Assembly (NCBI RefSeq): GCF_001194135.2
Contig: NC_068982.1
Location: 173,258,820-173,322,314 of the forward strand
Direction of reading: 5' to 3'
DNA: 63,495 bases
Origin: Octopus bimaculoides
Lineage: Eukaryota
The notes under the pieces are model-generated. The model did not search any database. It worked only from the letters and a program-made list of their open reading frames with translations, and had not been told where the DNA came from. Positions within the stretch are counted from its first letter, which is position 1. Each line of letters begins with the position of its first letter. The position numbers and the translations under genes are program-made. This document shows, piece by piece, positions 38,963 through 52,544 of the stretch.

Positions 38963-39140
38963 CAACTGAATTATCTACAACAGTTACTCGTTTTCATGAA
39001 TTTATGATCGATACACTTGCTCTCAAGACAGTTTTGATATCTCACTTCTCTCTCAACCAAATATTTACTCTTTCTTCAGAATCTCCGTCCTCCATCAGAC
39101 CGATTAGCCATTGCATAAGCAAAGCATTAAATCTCTCCTC
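38963..39140 (-). other. Candidate 178-nt exon with two in-frame TGA codons (5'UTR, pseudo-exon or retroelement gag remnant)
   Basis: tgctgcag/g acceptor; ttg/gtaagt donor; all three frames contain stops. Confidence 0.35.
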
Positions 39141-39611
39141 CTGCAGCACAAAATTTTGCTTTACAATACTTCTCAAATCACAAGACCAATGAAAACAATC
39201 AGTAACAACCACTACCCTCATTATCTTCAGTCTCTCCTCCTCTCTCTCTCCCTCTCTTTTCTTCATCACTGACCACCAATAGGATTTTCATACTACATAC
39301 TACTAACACACACACACACTACCGGCCTTTTCCAACCTCGAGAATTTCGAAGAAAACAAAGTTGCGTTGATATTAGAAAAGCCCTCCGTCGTTACTAATA
39401 TCAGAATCTCACAGCGAAGTTAGTTAATCATTAACGGTCCTTTATCTCTGGGGGTTGGGAAACCTTTTACTAGAATGTTCCATTGTAATCGACTACCATA
39501 GAGGTCTCTCTCTCTGATTGATGTTCTATTAACTATTGGATATCTCAAGGCCAATATAAGTTTGCTTCACTTTTCATTCGCATGCACGCACGCACACATG
39601 CACACGCACGA

Positions 39612-39787
39612 GGGTTACAGTTGATCCGATCAACGGAACAGTCTGCTCGTGAAATTAACGTGCAAATGGCTGAGCACTCCACAGACACGTGTACCCTTAT
39701 CGTAGTTCTCGGGGAGATTCAGCGTGACACAGAGTGTGACAAGGCTGGCCCTTTGAAATACAGGTACAACAGAAACAGGAGTGAGAG
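39612..39787 (-). mobile_element. SINE family C, partial (cut by an N-gap)
   Basis: Near-identical to 36372-36550. Confidence 0.9.
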
Positions 39788-40539
39788 NNNNNNNNNNNNN
39801 NNNNNNNNNNNNNNNNNNNNNNNNNNNNNNNNNNNNNNNNNNNNNNNNNNNNNNNNNNNNNNNNNNNNNNNNNNNNNNNNNNNNNNNNNNNNNNNNNNNN
39901 NNNNNNNNNNNNNNNNNNNNNNNNNNNNNNNNNNNNNNNNNNNNNNNNNNNNNNNNNNNNNNNNNNNNNNNNNNNNNNNNNNNNNNNNNNNNNNNNNNNN
40001 NNNNNNNNNNNNNNNNNNNNNNNNNNNNNNNNNNNNNNNNNNNNNNNNNNNNNNNNNNNNNNNNNNNNNNNNNNNNNNNNNNNNNNNNNNNNNNNNNNNN
40101 NNNNNNNNNNNNNNNNNNNNNNNNNNNNNNNNNNNNNNNNNNNNNNNNNNNNNNNNNNNNNNNNNNNNNNNNNNNNNNNNNNNNNNNNNNNNNNNNNNNN
40201 NNNNNNNNNNNNNNNNNNNNNNNNNNNNNNNNNNNNNNNNNNNNNNNNNNNNNNNNNNNNNNNNNNNNNNNNNNNNNNNNNNNNNNNNNNNNNNNNNNNN
40301 NNNNNNNNNNNNNNNNNNNNNNNNNNNNNNNNNNNNNNNNNNNNNNNNNNNNNNNNNNNNNNNNNNNNNNNNNNNNNNNNNNNNNNNNNNNNNNNNNNNN
40401 NNNNNNNNNNNNNNNNNNNNNNNNNNNNNNNNNNNNNNNNNNNNNNNNNNNNNNNNNNNNNNNNNNNNNNNNNNNNNNNNNNNNNNNNNNNNAAAAAAAA
40501 ACATCACTAAGAATTCAATGGTTGGACTGAGTAAGAATC

Positions 40540-40577
<38 letters not shown>

Positions 40578-40995
40578 TATGAAGTATCTTTTATAGCTGA
40601 CAAATCGTAACTAAAGACTTATTTACATATTTCTCGACGCTGCTACATTTCTTCTGAACGTAAACAAATATATCTTAACGCTGCAGTTTTCGAATCTTGA
40701 GTCGACTTATTTACTCAATATTGTATATTCAAGAATATATATTAGAAAATAACTACAAATTTTTGATACGTATATAGGATTGATCTTTTTATTTGCAGAG
40801 GATTAAATTAATCATCGTAAAGCATTTTGTTCTTGCTGAACAGTAAAATAGAGTATTTTGCGATTATTAATGACTGTTTCTTTATAAAAAGTTATCCATA
40901 CATGTAAAGTAGATTCTACATTAAATATTTACAATTAACATATTGTTACTTAAGATTACATACACATTCATACATATACATATATTTTTATGTAC

Positions 40996-41060
<65 letters not shown>

Positions 41061-41132
41061 CCTGTCTGTCTGTCTGTCTAACTATCTATGTNNNNNNNNN
41101 NNNNNNNNNNNNNNNNNNNNNNNNNNNNNNNN

Positions 41133-41175
<43 letters not shown>

Positions 41176-43392
41176 CGTGTGTGTATCAGTTGTTATCGTA
41201 AAGCAAATAATATGCACATAATGAGAAAACCCAGCACAAAACACGACTACATAATTGCACAGGCACGCATGCAAACACATATACACGCACACACACACAG
41301 ACACACATATACACACACACACACACATGTACACACACACAAACACACACACATTCAAAGCCAACAATACAAAACTAACATACACTTGTCTAGCTCTTTA
41401 TTTCGATAAATATCTCTTTTACACTGTTGTCTGACGAGAGGCATTTATTTTCTTTCATATAGTCAACTGTTAAAGAAATCTAATACAGCGATATTTCCTT
41501 TTATATAGACAACCATTAAGAATGAAAGACCGTCATCCCTTCACTATCACCGACAACAGCAACAGTAAAACAAAATCAATAAGAACAACGAAAGTAATAA
41601 AAGACAACAATAACAATAACATCTGCCAACAAGCAATATTGATAGTAACAGCAAGCAGCATCAATAACGATAGCTTTTAGTCATACATACATACATGTTT
41701 ATATATACATGTTTATATATATATGTTTATATATATATAAACATACACGTATATATGTATGGACACTCATAGACACACGCATGTATGTATGTATGTATTT
41801 ATGTATGTATGTATGTATGTATGTATATACATATAGACACACATACACACACATTTACGTACGTTTAAAGAAAGAAGGAAAAAAGCAAGAAACAGAAAGA
41901 GACATGCTGTCATCCATAATTTCAGGGCACCTCCGTTACTGTCAGCGACGGGCACCTGTCTGCAAATGCTAGGCACGTGACTGGCGGTGTTCTTTGAAGG
42001 TGACACAAACGCTGGCAGAAGTCCTTGCTATGATGGATCGTTGTTCTAACATCAATTATCTAATGTCAGCCAGGGAAAGGAGGAGGGAGTGGGAATGGGT
42101 TAGAAGGCCAAGAACAAGAAAAGGCAAGGTAATGATAATAATAATAATAATGATAATAATATGAAAAAAAAAAGAAGTAAAGACGTGAAAGAAAAGTAGA
42201 TTGTGTGAAGTAGTGGGAAAATAAAACAAAGTAAAAAAAATATGAGGGAACGATCAAGAGAAAGAAGAAAAAGAGAGAGAATGAGTTAAGGGAGAAAGCA
42301 AACTAATTGAGAGAGAACACGCATTTGAAAGAGAAACTGCGTGAGAAGAAAAGTCATTGTGTGGGTATGTGTCTGCGTGCGTTCAATGTCCGTGTTAGTA
42401 CTGTATTGAAACGCTATGTAAGTAGTATTTATTTTATCGACGACAGTCTATGGGCGGATGGAAAAGTTGGCCCCGGTTGGAGTTGTAATGTAAAGTGACG
42501 TGTTGCCATAAACATAAGATGGGGTTCTACATGCTACTATCTCTTCTTGCAGTTTTATCATATTAATAAACATAGGTTTGATTCCAGACATTGTTGACTA
42601 TTTTTAATCGCCATATTTCATTATGACATATGTAAAAATCTCGCCTTGGTTTGCATAGGGTCATATCTTAATCATTATGAATTAATCATCGTGTCGTCGT
42701 CGTTGTTTCTGTTGCTTAACTCCAAGTCTGTTCTGATCAAGCTGTCCTGTCAACAATCACAGTAGTCTATGATCATCCCGACTCCCTAAACATAGTGTAT
42801 CTAACTTCAGAAAATATTTAACTAGTACGCCAACACCGTCAGCTTAAAACCACAATATCCAGAAATATGAATATTGTTAACATTTTCGGGGCAACAATTA
42901 ATTAAGAAGTGAATAGATATCAACTCTATATTAAACTAAATGAAAAGCTTGTATGCACACATAGAAATGCAAATTAAGCGCCATAGTTTTCTAAAAAATC
43001 AATCACAAAAGCAAAAGCGCTTCTGACTTATTATAGTCAAGCAAAGAATATCTTCGATAAATCAACACCTCATTATAATAACATACTATAAAATAGTGGA
43101 TTCATTGAAAAGATTCCTTTCACTTACAAATTTCTAATAAGAATATAAGCTGTAACGTCACGGTATTTTAACCCCCAATCTCTTTCTAAATATCAAATTC
43201 AATGTAGCAAAAATATTTCTCGCCCTCATCTGCACACGCTTCATCCATAAAATCACAGCTACATATTTACAAATAATATTAAACATATTATCTGAGCAGC
43301 TTACTAAATTTAAGGAAAATAATTCGAAGTGCACACGTAAAAATATTATGTTATACCCTCCTTAAACAGGATTGTGAGAGAAAAATAATAAA

Positions 43393-43795
43393 GGAGTTGT
43401 GGTGTGGTAAAGAAGCTGGTTTCCCAGCCACATGGTTCCTGGTTCAGTCCCACTGCATGGCACCTTGGACAATTGTCTTCTACTACAGCCTCGGGCCGAC
43501 TAAAACCTTGTGAGTGGATTTGGTAGACGGAAACTGAAAGAAGCCCGTCGTATATGCGTATGCATATATATATGTGTATGTGTGTGTGTTTGTGTTTGTC
43601 CCTCCACCATCGCTTGACAACTGATGTTGGTGTGTTTACACGTACCCGTTACTTAGCGGTTCGGCAAAAGTGCTCTGATAGAATAAGTACTAGGCGTTCA
43701 AAGATTAAGTTCTCGGGTCGATTTGGTCGACTAAAGGCGGTGCTCGAGCATGGCCGCAGTCAAATGACTGAAACAAATAAAAGAGTGAGAGAATA
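43393..43795 (+). mobile_element. tRNA-derived SINE family B, full length, with internal TA/TG microsatellite
   Basis: tRNA-like head (gtggtgtggtaaagaagctgg...ggttcagtccc), internal microsatellite, 3' half ending gactgaaacaaataaaagag. Confidence 0.9.
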
Positions 43796-43849
43796 AACTA
43801 TCCCGCTACAATACACCCCCCCCCCCATTATGTGATATTTGATTGACAC

Positions 43850-44120
43850 CACTACGATGCATTACATTGGAATGACTAAGAGAAATTTCACACAAACCTC
43901 AGCTTTCCTAAAGAAAGAGAAAAAGATTAACACCACCCTTTCATCTATATATGGAAATTGAACAAGAAATTAGCAATTTAACAATATTTAGAAGATACTA
44001 AACGATAATAATCCACACGGACATAGTTCTATGATATATCTCGCCAATGTACAACAGGGGTTTTAAAGAGGATCAAAATTTCTACCAAATTCTCACACAT
44101 TAATAAATTTTTCCCGAACG
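43850..44120 (+). mobile_element. Penelope GIY-YIG C-terminal remnant
   Basis: Frame IYIWKLNKKLAI*QY resembles the PLE YIWKLK...I.W.I segment; heavily decayed. Confidence 0.35.
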
Positions 44121-46094
44121 ATAATTTTTGATTAAGTGCACAATAATCTTCTGTTGTCCTAGCCAGGAACTTTATATAATGCCAGAAAGAAACACAACTA
44201 AAAGAATACTTGAAAAATGACTCTCATGGACTTAAATATTCACGATATTTTAAGTATACATCCCAGTAGTACAACAACTCCATATAAATATAGAGATAAG
44301 AAGCAATAATTGTATTACTAAAATCATTAATAAACATGCCTATACATATTTAGGAATAGGGAATATCTTCGGAGGTGCAAAATTTCAGTAGGACATTTAG
44401 AATCTCATTTGCAATCGAAGCACGATAAAACGAACGTTATAGATTAATGAATACAAACAATAACCAGTAACTTATACAAATAAGTTAATAAATCAAACTA
44501 TTGAACAACACAGAATCAAATTTTACACATTAAATACAACAGCCACTATACTAAGTAAAAATTAAACCAAACGCACATGGAATATATTACCTGAGCCAAA
44601 TATCCACTCTAAATACGAAATAGGCGACCACATTATCAAAAAATTTATTAAACTGAACAAAATATGCGTTACACCTAATTCCACAATATTATTAATACTA
44701 GCTTAAAAAAGCCTCTCTCTGTGCGGACTTTTGAGCTGGCTTATACAGGGGGCTAATTGGGTCTGCAGCCCCAAACTATAGAGAGATAAACAGCATGACT
44801 ATGATACGTCTATAATGACTACATGCCTCGGTGGTATTTGATCAGAGTTTAAAGATGAATGATAATTAATTCTGTAATGCAATCATTCTATTGTTCCTGT
44901 CCCAAGTTGACTTCCAACTGTTGGCCAATTTGCCCCAAAGTCCTTATCTCGATGTAAAATTAACGAAGCGAATGTCATTTATCTCCTCCTTGGTCTCTGA
45001 CGTCATCTGACAAACGCCACGAAGATGGCGTAAATCAATCAAATTTTACCTGCTAGAAATAGCAACCCAAATGCTTTTAAATCACATCCCAGCTAGATGT
45101 TCAAGGACTAAATGATGGTCAGATTTTCAATCCCGGGATCATCCTGATTCCAAGAAGGTATATGTCTATGTAGAGCAAATGTAGACTGATACAGACGTCC
45201 CAGATGGACAGACAAAATTTCGCTTTTATTAACATAGATTACTTATCATCAAAATCGTTCAAACATCATCATACCACCACCACTACCACCACCACCACCA
45301 CCACCACCACCATCGTCGTCGTTGTCATCGTCGTCATCATCATCTACAACAACGACAAGAACAATAACAAAACATTTGCAAATCGCTGCACGAAATTCTG
45401 ATGACTATAATTTACACATGAATAAAAAGGTTTTTAAATTATAACAAATAAAGATTTCCAACATAAAAGTTGGAAATTTTAACGACTTCTACTGTTGCCT
45501 TATTGAACCATAAAAGCAGTCTTGGTGGTTCATTATAGATTTTCAACGAGGATTCAACCCAACACAGTAACATTACATAACACAAAACAAAACAAAACTC
45601 GATAGAAAAATACTAGTTGATAACACAATATTATATAGACTATCCCACAGAAAAAAGAATAATGATAACAAATAAATAAATAAAACGATTAATCATTTAC
45701 GCTAATTTGAAAGCAAACGCACTAGAGAAACAAACTGTGTGTTGAAAGGATCTTGGAGATAACAGATAAAATGTCAAAAGCCGAAATAATGACATCATTA
45801 ACACAACAATAATCATATAATTGCTACACACGAGGAAAAAAAAAAACGTCAGCAATAACTACTTCGGAAGATAAGACAGCGTGTTTTCTATGAAGCTTGA
45901 TAAAGTTAAAAATCCTATTTTTTTCGCAGAAAATATGAAGGATTAATAAACAAGGAAATACGAAATATTACTGATAAAAAACAAACTGAGCGAACGCATG
46001 GTTTTAATAGCATACACCCACGAATTCATACGTACTCAAACACTCGACACACACGAATAAAAATCTCACAACACATATTATTTTCTTCTTTTGT

Positions 46095-46818
46095 TCTTTT
46101 ACTCGTTTCAGTCATTTGACTGCAGCCATGCTGCAGCACGACCTTAATAGGTTATTTAGTCATAGAAATCGACCCGAGGACATATTCTTTGTAAAGCCTA
46201 GTACTTATTCTATCAGAGTCTTTTGCCGAACAGCAAATTTACGGGGACGTGAACACGCCAACATCGGTTGTCAAGCGATNNNNNNNNNNNNNNNNNNNNN
46301 NNNNNNNNNNNNNNNNNNNNNNNNNNNNNNNNNNNNNNNNNNNNNNNNNNNNNNNNNNNNNNNNNNNNNNNNNNNNNNNNNNNNNNNNNNNNNNNNNNNN
46401 NNNNNNNNNNNNNNNNNNNNNNNNNNNNNNNNNNNNNNNNNNNNNNNNNNNNNNNNNNNNNNNNNNNNNNNNNNNNNNNNNNNNNNNNNNNNNNNNNNNN
46501 NNNNNNNNNNNNNNNNNNNNNNNNNNNNNNNNNNNNNNNNNNNNNNTAAGCGTGACGCTCGGTGAAAGGAGAGAATTTGACGTTTCATGCATAGCGCTTG
46601 ATCGGAAAGGAGAAAGGGAAGATTCCAAAAAAAGGAAAAGAAATCGGCAACGGCATAAGACAGGCTTCTTTCAGTTTCCTTTAACCAAATCCATTCACAG
46701 AGTTTTGGTCGGCTCGAGGCTATAATAGAAGACAATTACCCAAGGTGCGACGCAGTGGAAGTGAACCCGGAACCATGTGGTTGGGAAGCAAGCTTCTTAC
46801 CACACATTTACGCCTGCG
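46095..46818 (-). mobile_element. SINE family B; both halves flank an N-gap
   Basis: 3' half at 46095-46279; 5' half at 46655-46818. Confidence 0.85.
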
Positions 46819-47316
46819 CATGTACATGCGGTTTTTTTGTGTGTATATACATCTTGTGTGTATGTGTATGCGCACTGTAAAATATGCGAATACTTCAGAC
46901 AACCTTCGGTGGAATGGTTGTGCTAACAAATACGAATGCTGTAGTTTATTTTACCATGTTATATCAGCTTCATCGGCACTACATGGAGATGACTAGAAAT
47001 ATAAAAGTGGAATTTTATCACGGAGAATAGGTCTCATATAACATGCATTTTCATTGAATGTCCTGAAATTATTGACAATCGCTCTACATATACAGTTGAC
47101 AGAAATGTTTTGCTCTGTGGATCTTAAAATATATTAAATCATTTGGAATGTCCTTAATTGTAGATTTCATTAGATTTAATGTATCCATCTGAAGAAAACG
47201 GTTTCTTTATAATGACAAAACGTACTCATTAGTCAATTAAAGGAGTCGTTAGAAATGGCTGTAATGTATTTTATTCATCAATCTCGGAACATGTCTTTCG
47301 CAAATTCTGAAATATA

Positions 47317-47699
47317 GGCGTAGGAGTGGCTGTGTGGTAAGTAGCTTGCTTACGAACCACATGTCTTCTTCTATTGCCTCGGGCCGACCAAAGCTTTGTG
47401 AGTGGATTTAGTAGACGGAAACTGAAAGAAGCTCGTCGTATATATGTAAATTTATATATATATATATGTGTGTATGTTTATGTGTCTGTGTTTGTCCCCG
47501 CCCCCAACATCGCTTGACAACCGATGGTGGTGTGTTTACGTCCCCGTAACTTAGCGGCTCGGTAAAAGAGACCGATAGAATAAGTACTAGGCTTACAAAG
47601 AAAAAGTCCTGGGGTCGAATTGCTCGAATAAAAGGCGGTGCTCCAGCATGGCCTCAATCAAAATGACTGAAACAAGTAAAAGAGTAAAAGAGTAAGAGA
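47317..47699 (+). mobile_element. SINE family B with an internal deletion in the head
   Basis: ggcgtaggagtggctgtgtggtaagtagcttgcttacgaaccacatg/tcttcttctattgcc... Confidence 0.9.
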
Positions 47700-48044
47700 G
47701 TATATTATGGACTGTATATTTACTAAAATGAACATGTCTGAATAGCTCAAGAATGGATTATATACTCAGGTGGGTCAAGGTGGGCATGCACTACAGGAAT
47801 ATAATTCTGCTGGTACTTCAGCACCAATGTTGATATTTACTCAATATTGTTGTGTGTGTATATTATTCCGACCTAAAGCGGTGTCTCAACTTAAGTACCT
47901 AATTCAACAGTAAGCAATGTATTTTTCTTTTGCCATTTGAAATATTTTGCTTTGTATTTTTTCTTTCTTTGCTTTTAATTTTTTTCTCCTTTCTCTTTCT
48001 TGTTTATATCAACTCGCTGTCTGTAGGGGGGGGGGAGTGCAGAA

Positions 48045-48288
48045 AGATAGGAAAGATCTGTTTTGTTGCTGTGGCATAATTCAGTTGTGCTGTGGAAGAT
48101 TCCAGCCAATCAGACCTGGAGGCCTATGAATAAAACGGCAGTGATCTGCCTTAGCTGAACGAACTCACTACAGCAGCAAAGCGGCAGATCACTGCCATTT
48201 TATTCATACGCCCCCAACTCTGATCGGCTGGAATCTTCCACAGAACAACTGAACTATGTCACAGCAATAAAATAGAACTTTCCTGTCT
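48045..48288. repeat. Long foldback inverted repeat: 106-bp arms, 32-nt spacer
   Basis: 48045-48150 versus the reverse complement of 48183-48288 aligns without gaps, with 13 mismatches. Confidence 0.95.
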
Positions 48289-49199
48289 CGCTACACACNN
48301 NNNNNNNNNNNNNNNNNNNNNNNNNNNNNNNNNNNNNNNNNNNNNNNNNNNNNNNNNNNNNNNNNNNNNNNNNNNNNNNNNNNNNNNNNNNNNNNNNNNN
48401 NNNNNNNNNNNNNNNNNNNNNNNNNNNNNNNNNNNNNNNNNNNNNNNNNNNNNNNNNNNNNNNNNNNNNATATATGTATGTATATATATATACATATATA
48501 TATTAAGAGAAGCTATTTAAGAAGAAAATGGATGATTTACATTTTTATTTAATTTTGCTAAATCATTTCACTTGAAGTCATTACACTTCAAGTTAAAATT
48601 TTCCTCTGCTAAACACTCTCTCTCTCTCTTTATCTCTACCTCTCACTTCACGAAGCTTTTTGACCATGTAATTCCCCTCTTCCCTACGTTAACATTTTTC
48701 TCTTTTTGTTTCTTTCCACTCTCTTATTTCCACTCTCTTATTTCCACTAACCATGTGAATGACAGCGTAATGCATCAGCTGTTTATCTACTATCTCACTC
48801 ACTCCCCATCCCCCCTCTCTCTCTCACACACCTACTCTTCTCCCCTCTTTCACTCTCCCTCCTTCTCGGTTACCCTCACTTCACCTCCTCCTCTAACAAA
48901 CTAAAGCGTAACATGTGAACGAACAAGTAAAATTATGACACAAGCATATACACAGACAAATATACATATAGGTTTGGTGGCACAAACAGGAAAATAGAAC
49001 TCAAAACATGAGTGTGTGTGTATATATATATANNNNNNNNNNNNNNNNNNNNNNNNNNNNNNNNNNNNNNNNNNNNNNNNNNNNNNNNNNNNNNNNNNNN
49101 NNNNNNNNNNNNNNNNNNNNNNNNNNNNNNNNNNNNNNNNNNNNNNNNNNNATATATTTATATATATGGCAATAAGAAAATGGAGGGGATATATATACC

Positions 49200-49705
49200 G
49201 TAAAAACCCATGTAATTTCTTTGGAACTTCCTAATACAAACAGACAGAAAAATTGACACCAATCGACCAGACATTATGATCAAGGACTACAACAGAGGAA
49301 CTTGTCTGTTAATAGATATGCCTGTCTCACAAGATCAAAATGTCTCAAGAAAAGAATACGGAAAGCTTTCTCACTATAAAGATCTGCAAACTGAAATCAC
49401 AAAAATATGGAAGCTTAGTACTATGATAATACCAGTTGTAATTGGTGCGTTGGGAATGATAAAGAAGGGAACTGAAAAATATATTAAGCAACTCCCTGGT
49501 AACTCCATCTCTGTGAACTCCAAAAGATAACCTTGATGGGTACAGCCCATATACTACGAAAAGCACTCTCCGTCTAAAATGGAATAAATGCGGTGATAAG
49601 TTTAGCATGCATAGTAAAACAAAAGTGACCTTGCTACCCTTGGCCTCCGGGAGATGCCCGGTACTAAGGCAGTTGAAATGTAGTTATAATGAAACGAAAC
49701 CATAA
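49200..49705 (+). mobile_element. R4/Dong/NeSL-type non-LTR retrotransposon 3' end (REL endonuclease)
   Basis: LWNFLIQTDRKIDTNRPDIMIKDYNRGTCLLIDMP...KEYGKLSHYKDLQTEITKIW...IPVVIGALG (PD..D/ExK pattern); ends in AAC/AAT repeats. Confidence 0.88.
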
Positions 49706-50594
49706 ATAACAACAACAATAACAATAATAATCGTCAGAACTTACAGAGTTGGAGTTTATATTTCGTGTATCCTTTATCGAGGTAACTGCTATGTAATATT
49801 ATTTCATAATTCGAAAAGTAAAGATCAAACACAGGAGTCACTCCATTATTACATGATCTACTATAAATAGTAACCAAATATCTTTCAAATCACACCCTGT
49901 TGTCTGAAAAAATAGATATATAAATAAGGTAATTCTGTACATTTTGAGTCTGAAAGAAAGATGTGTATGAAGCTGCTCAATCTTGGTTGACCTAGGGCAG
50001 AGCAACAAGAAAATCAAGAGCAGCGAAAACAGCAACAACGATAACAAGGAACATTACGACAAAGATGAATCGTTTGAAAGGGATACACAAACCGATTTAC
50101 GATATCTGTATTGGTAGTTCGATATCTTATTTCTTAGATTCTGAATTTGTTAAATGCACATTTTAAAATTATATGACGCTAATTCTAGGCGTGTAAAAGA
50201 AATTCATTCCTGAATAACATGAATGCTTACGTCAGGAATCTAATACATTTCTTCAGCGTTAATCATTTGAAATTGAACACTCAACTATAGTAGATAACTT
50301 TACAAGAGATTCAGATGCATATTGTAGATAACTGGGGTAATGCAGAATAAAATGTCCTGCTCAGTAATACAAGTAGCTCTGAAGTGGATATGAATTCACT
50401 TCTCATTAATTTAAATACGTTTGACCAGCGCCCTACCCATCATTTTCCCTGTATATATCATATAACAAAGTACTTCAATACTGTTTTAATTACATCCTTC
50501 CCAACTCATAAATCTTAATCAGTGGAATCGTTTCGTTAATTTTTGTTTAGAAATTTTAGAAGTTTTATCTTGGCAATATTTTATACTTATTTGC

Positions 50595-50786
50595 AAAGTG
50601 ACGAGCTGGCAGAATCGTTAGCACGCCAGGCAAAATGCTCAGCGGCAATTCCTCCGTCTTTACGTTCAGTCAAAATTCCGCCAAGGTCGATTTTGCACCC
50701 TCATTCTTTTGAGGTCGATAAAATAAGTACCAGTTGAGCACTGGGGATAATTCGACTGATGCCGGATGCCAAAAATTGAAATCAAT
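50595..50786 (+). mobile_element. SINE family A, diverged, tail type c
   Basis: gagctggcagaatcgttagcacgcc...aaaattgaaatcaat. Confidence 0.85.
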
Positions 50787-51074
50787 ATTTTGTACTCATT
50801 TAAGCGTCTACAAGATGTCTTTTGTATATTTAGATTCTATGTTCAAATACCGCCGACATTACATTTGATTCTCCTGGTTCGATAGAATATAATAGCAGTC
50901 AAGTACAAGAGTGAATTTAATAGATCATAGCTTTCTCCAAAAGTATCTTTTAAAATTTGGACTTTCGCTTCCTTTTCTCATCCTCTGCTTTTAAGCTGAC
51001 ACACACTGTCTTATATGTTCTCTTTCTCGCAGTAAAGTAGATTTCATTTAAAATATTTGCCACGAATGTTTCCG

Positions 51075-51375
51075 AGTGATCCTTCTTTGGGGTTTGAATA
51101 ATTCACATCTGGAAACATGGATGTTTTGTTCTTCATCTTTAAACAACCTTATTATTTTGAGTGGAGTGGGTTCCTCAACCCGAAGAAAATTCTAACTGGG
51201 CCCCCACCTGCAAGGTCATGTGCTGTTTATCTTGATATAAAATCACCATGTTGCGCACATATGGTTGTGATGCATGCGCCTGGTGTACCCTTATCAGACG
51301 GGTAGTCATGATAGGTATATTAGACTTTGTATATTTGTACCCCAGTGTTCCTTTGATGGCATGCCCTGCTCTCTC
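51075..51375 (-). mobile_element. Copy of the repeat at 7290-7573
   Basis: The ORF track translates the same peptide (NIPIMTTRLIRV..AHASQPYVR.MVILY) from both copies. Confidence 0.8.
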
Positions 51376-51407
51376 ACTCAATAATAATAACCATAATAAT
51401 AATACTA

Positions 51408-51556
51408 ATCGTTTCTACTCTAAGCACAAGGCCCGAAACTTTTGTGGAGGGGGCAGTCGATTAGATCGACCCCAGTACGCAACTGGTAACTAATTTATCG
51501 ACCTCGAAAGGATGAAAGTCAAAGTCGACCTCGGCGGAATTTGAACTCAGAACGTA
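51408..51556 (-). mobile_element. SINE family A, 5'-truncated, tail type b
   Basis: Reverse-complement core and tail. Confidence 0.88.
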
Positions 51557-51599
51557 TGATAATAATAATGATAATAATGATGATGATGACGACGACGCC

Positions 51600-51641
<42 letters not shown>

Positions 51642-51642
51642 C

Positions 51643-52305
51643 TGCTGTGCTGCATCTTCAATAGAGTGGATGAAACCATTGCCCATATCGCGAACGAATG
51701 CCATAGACTTGCCCCAAACCACGACAAGTTGTGGCGACACGACCAGGTAGCGAAAGTGCTACAATGGAAACTACGAAAAGTGGGGGCTAGAGAGAGGCAA
51801 GACGTGGTATGCGCACAAACTGTAGAGAGTGGCAGTCGGAGATTTGCAAAATCCTCTGGGATTCCCCAATCCAAACAGATCAGGTACTAGAGCATAACAG
51901 ATCGAACCTCGTGGTGATGGACACGGTGCACTGCGTATGCTATATAGTTGAAGCTGCATGCCTCATTGACTCACGAATAGTCAAGAAGGAAGGCGAAAGG
52001 ATAAATATATACAACCCTCTTTAAGTACGAAATAGCTCGGCTATGGAAAACAAAGGTGATGATAGTGCCAATTGTTGTTGGGTCCTTGGGAACAGTATCT
52101 GAAGGTATCAAGGGGAATATGAAGGAAATTGGTACAGAGTGCCCAATAGAATTGTTACAAAAGGTTTGCCTCCTTGGCACGGCCAGAGTAATCAGGAAAG
52201 TATTAGATAGTTGAAAAGAACAGATAGTATGGTACCGTAGGCTGCAGGCTGCAATCCCGCTACGCATGTATGGTTTCAGGAGTTCCAACAAAACTTGTGA
52301 TAAAA
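51643..52305 (+). mobile_element. R4/Dong-type non-LTR retrotransposon 3' end (CCHC knuckle plus REL endonuclease), frameshifted
   Basis: C...VDETIAHIANECHRLA...RHDQVAKVLQW; KILWDSPIQTDQVLEHNRSNLVV; EIARLW...VPIVVGSLG...LLQKVCLLGTARVIRKVL*; flanked by (GAT)n and (AAT)n. Confidence 0.9.
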
Positions 52306-52321
52306 AGAAATAATAATAATA

Positions 52322-52538
52322 ATCGTTTCTACTAAAAACACAAAGCCTGAAATTTTGGGGGAGGGAACAAGTCGATTACATCGACCCCAGTGAGTAACTA
52401 GTAACTAATTTATCGACCCCGAATAGGGATGAAAGGCAAAGTCTACCTCGGCGGAATTTGAACTCAGAGCGTAGCGACTGGTGAAATGCCGTTAAGCATT
52501 TCGTCCAGCGTGCTAACGATTCTGCCAATTCACTACTT
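52322..52538 (-). mobile_element. SINE family A, tail type b
   Basis: Reverse-complement head to tail. Confidence 0.88.
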
Positions 52539-52544
52539 TAATAA

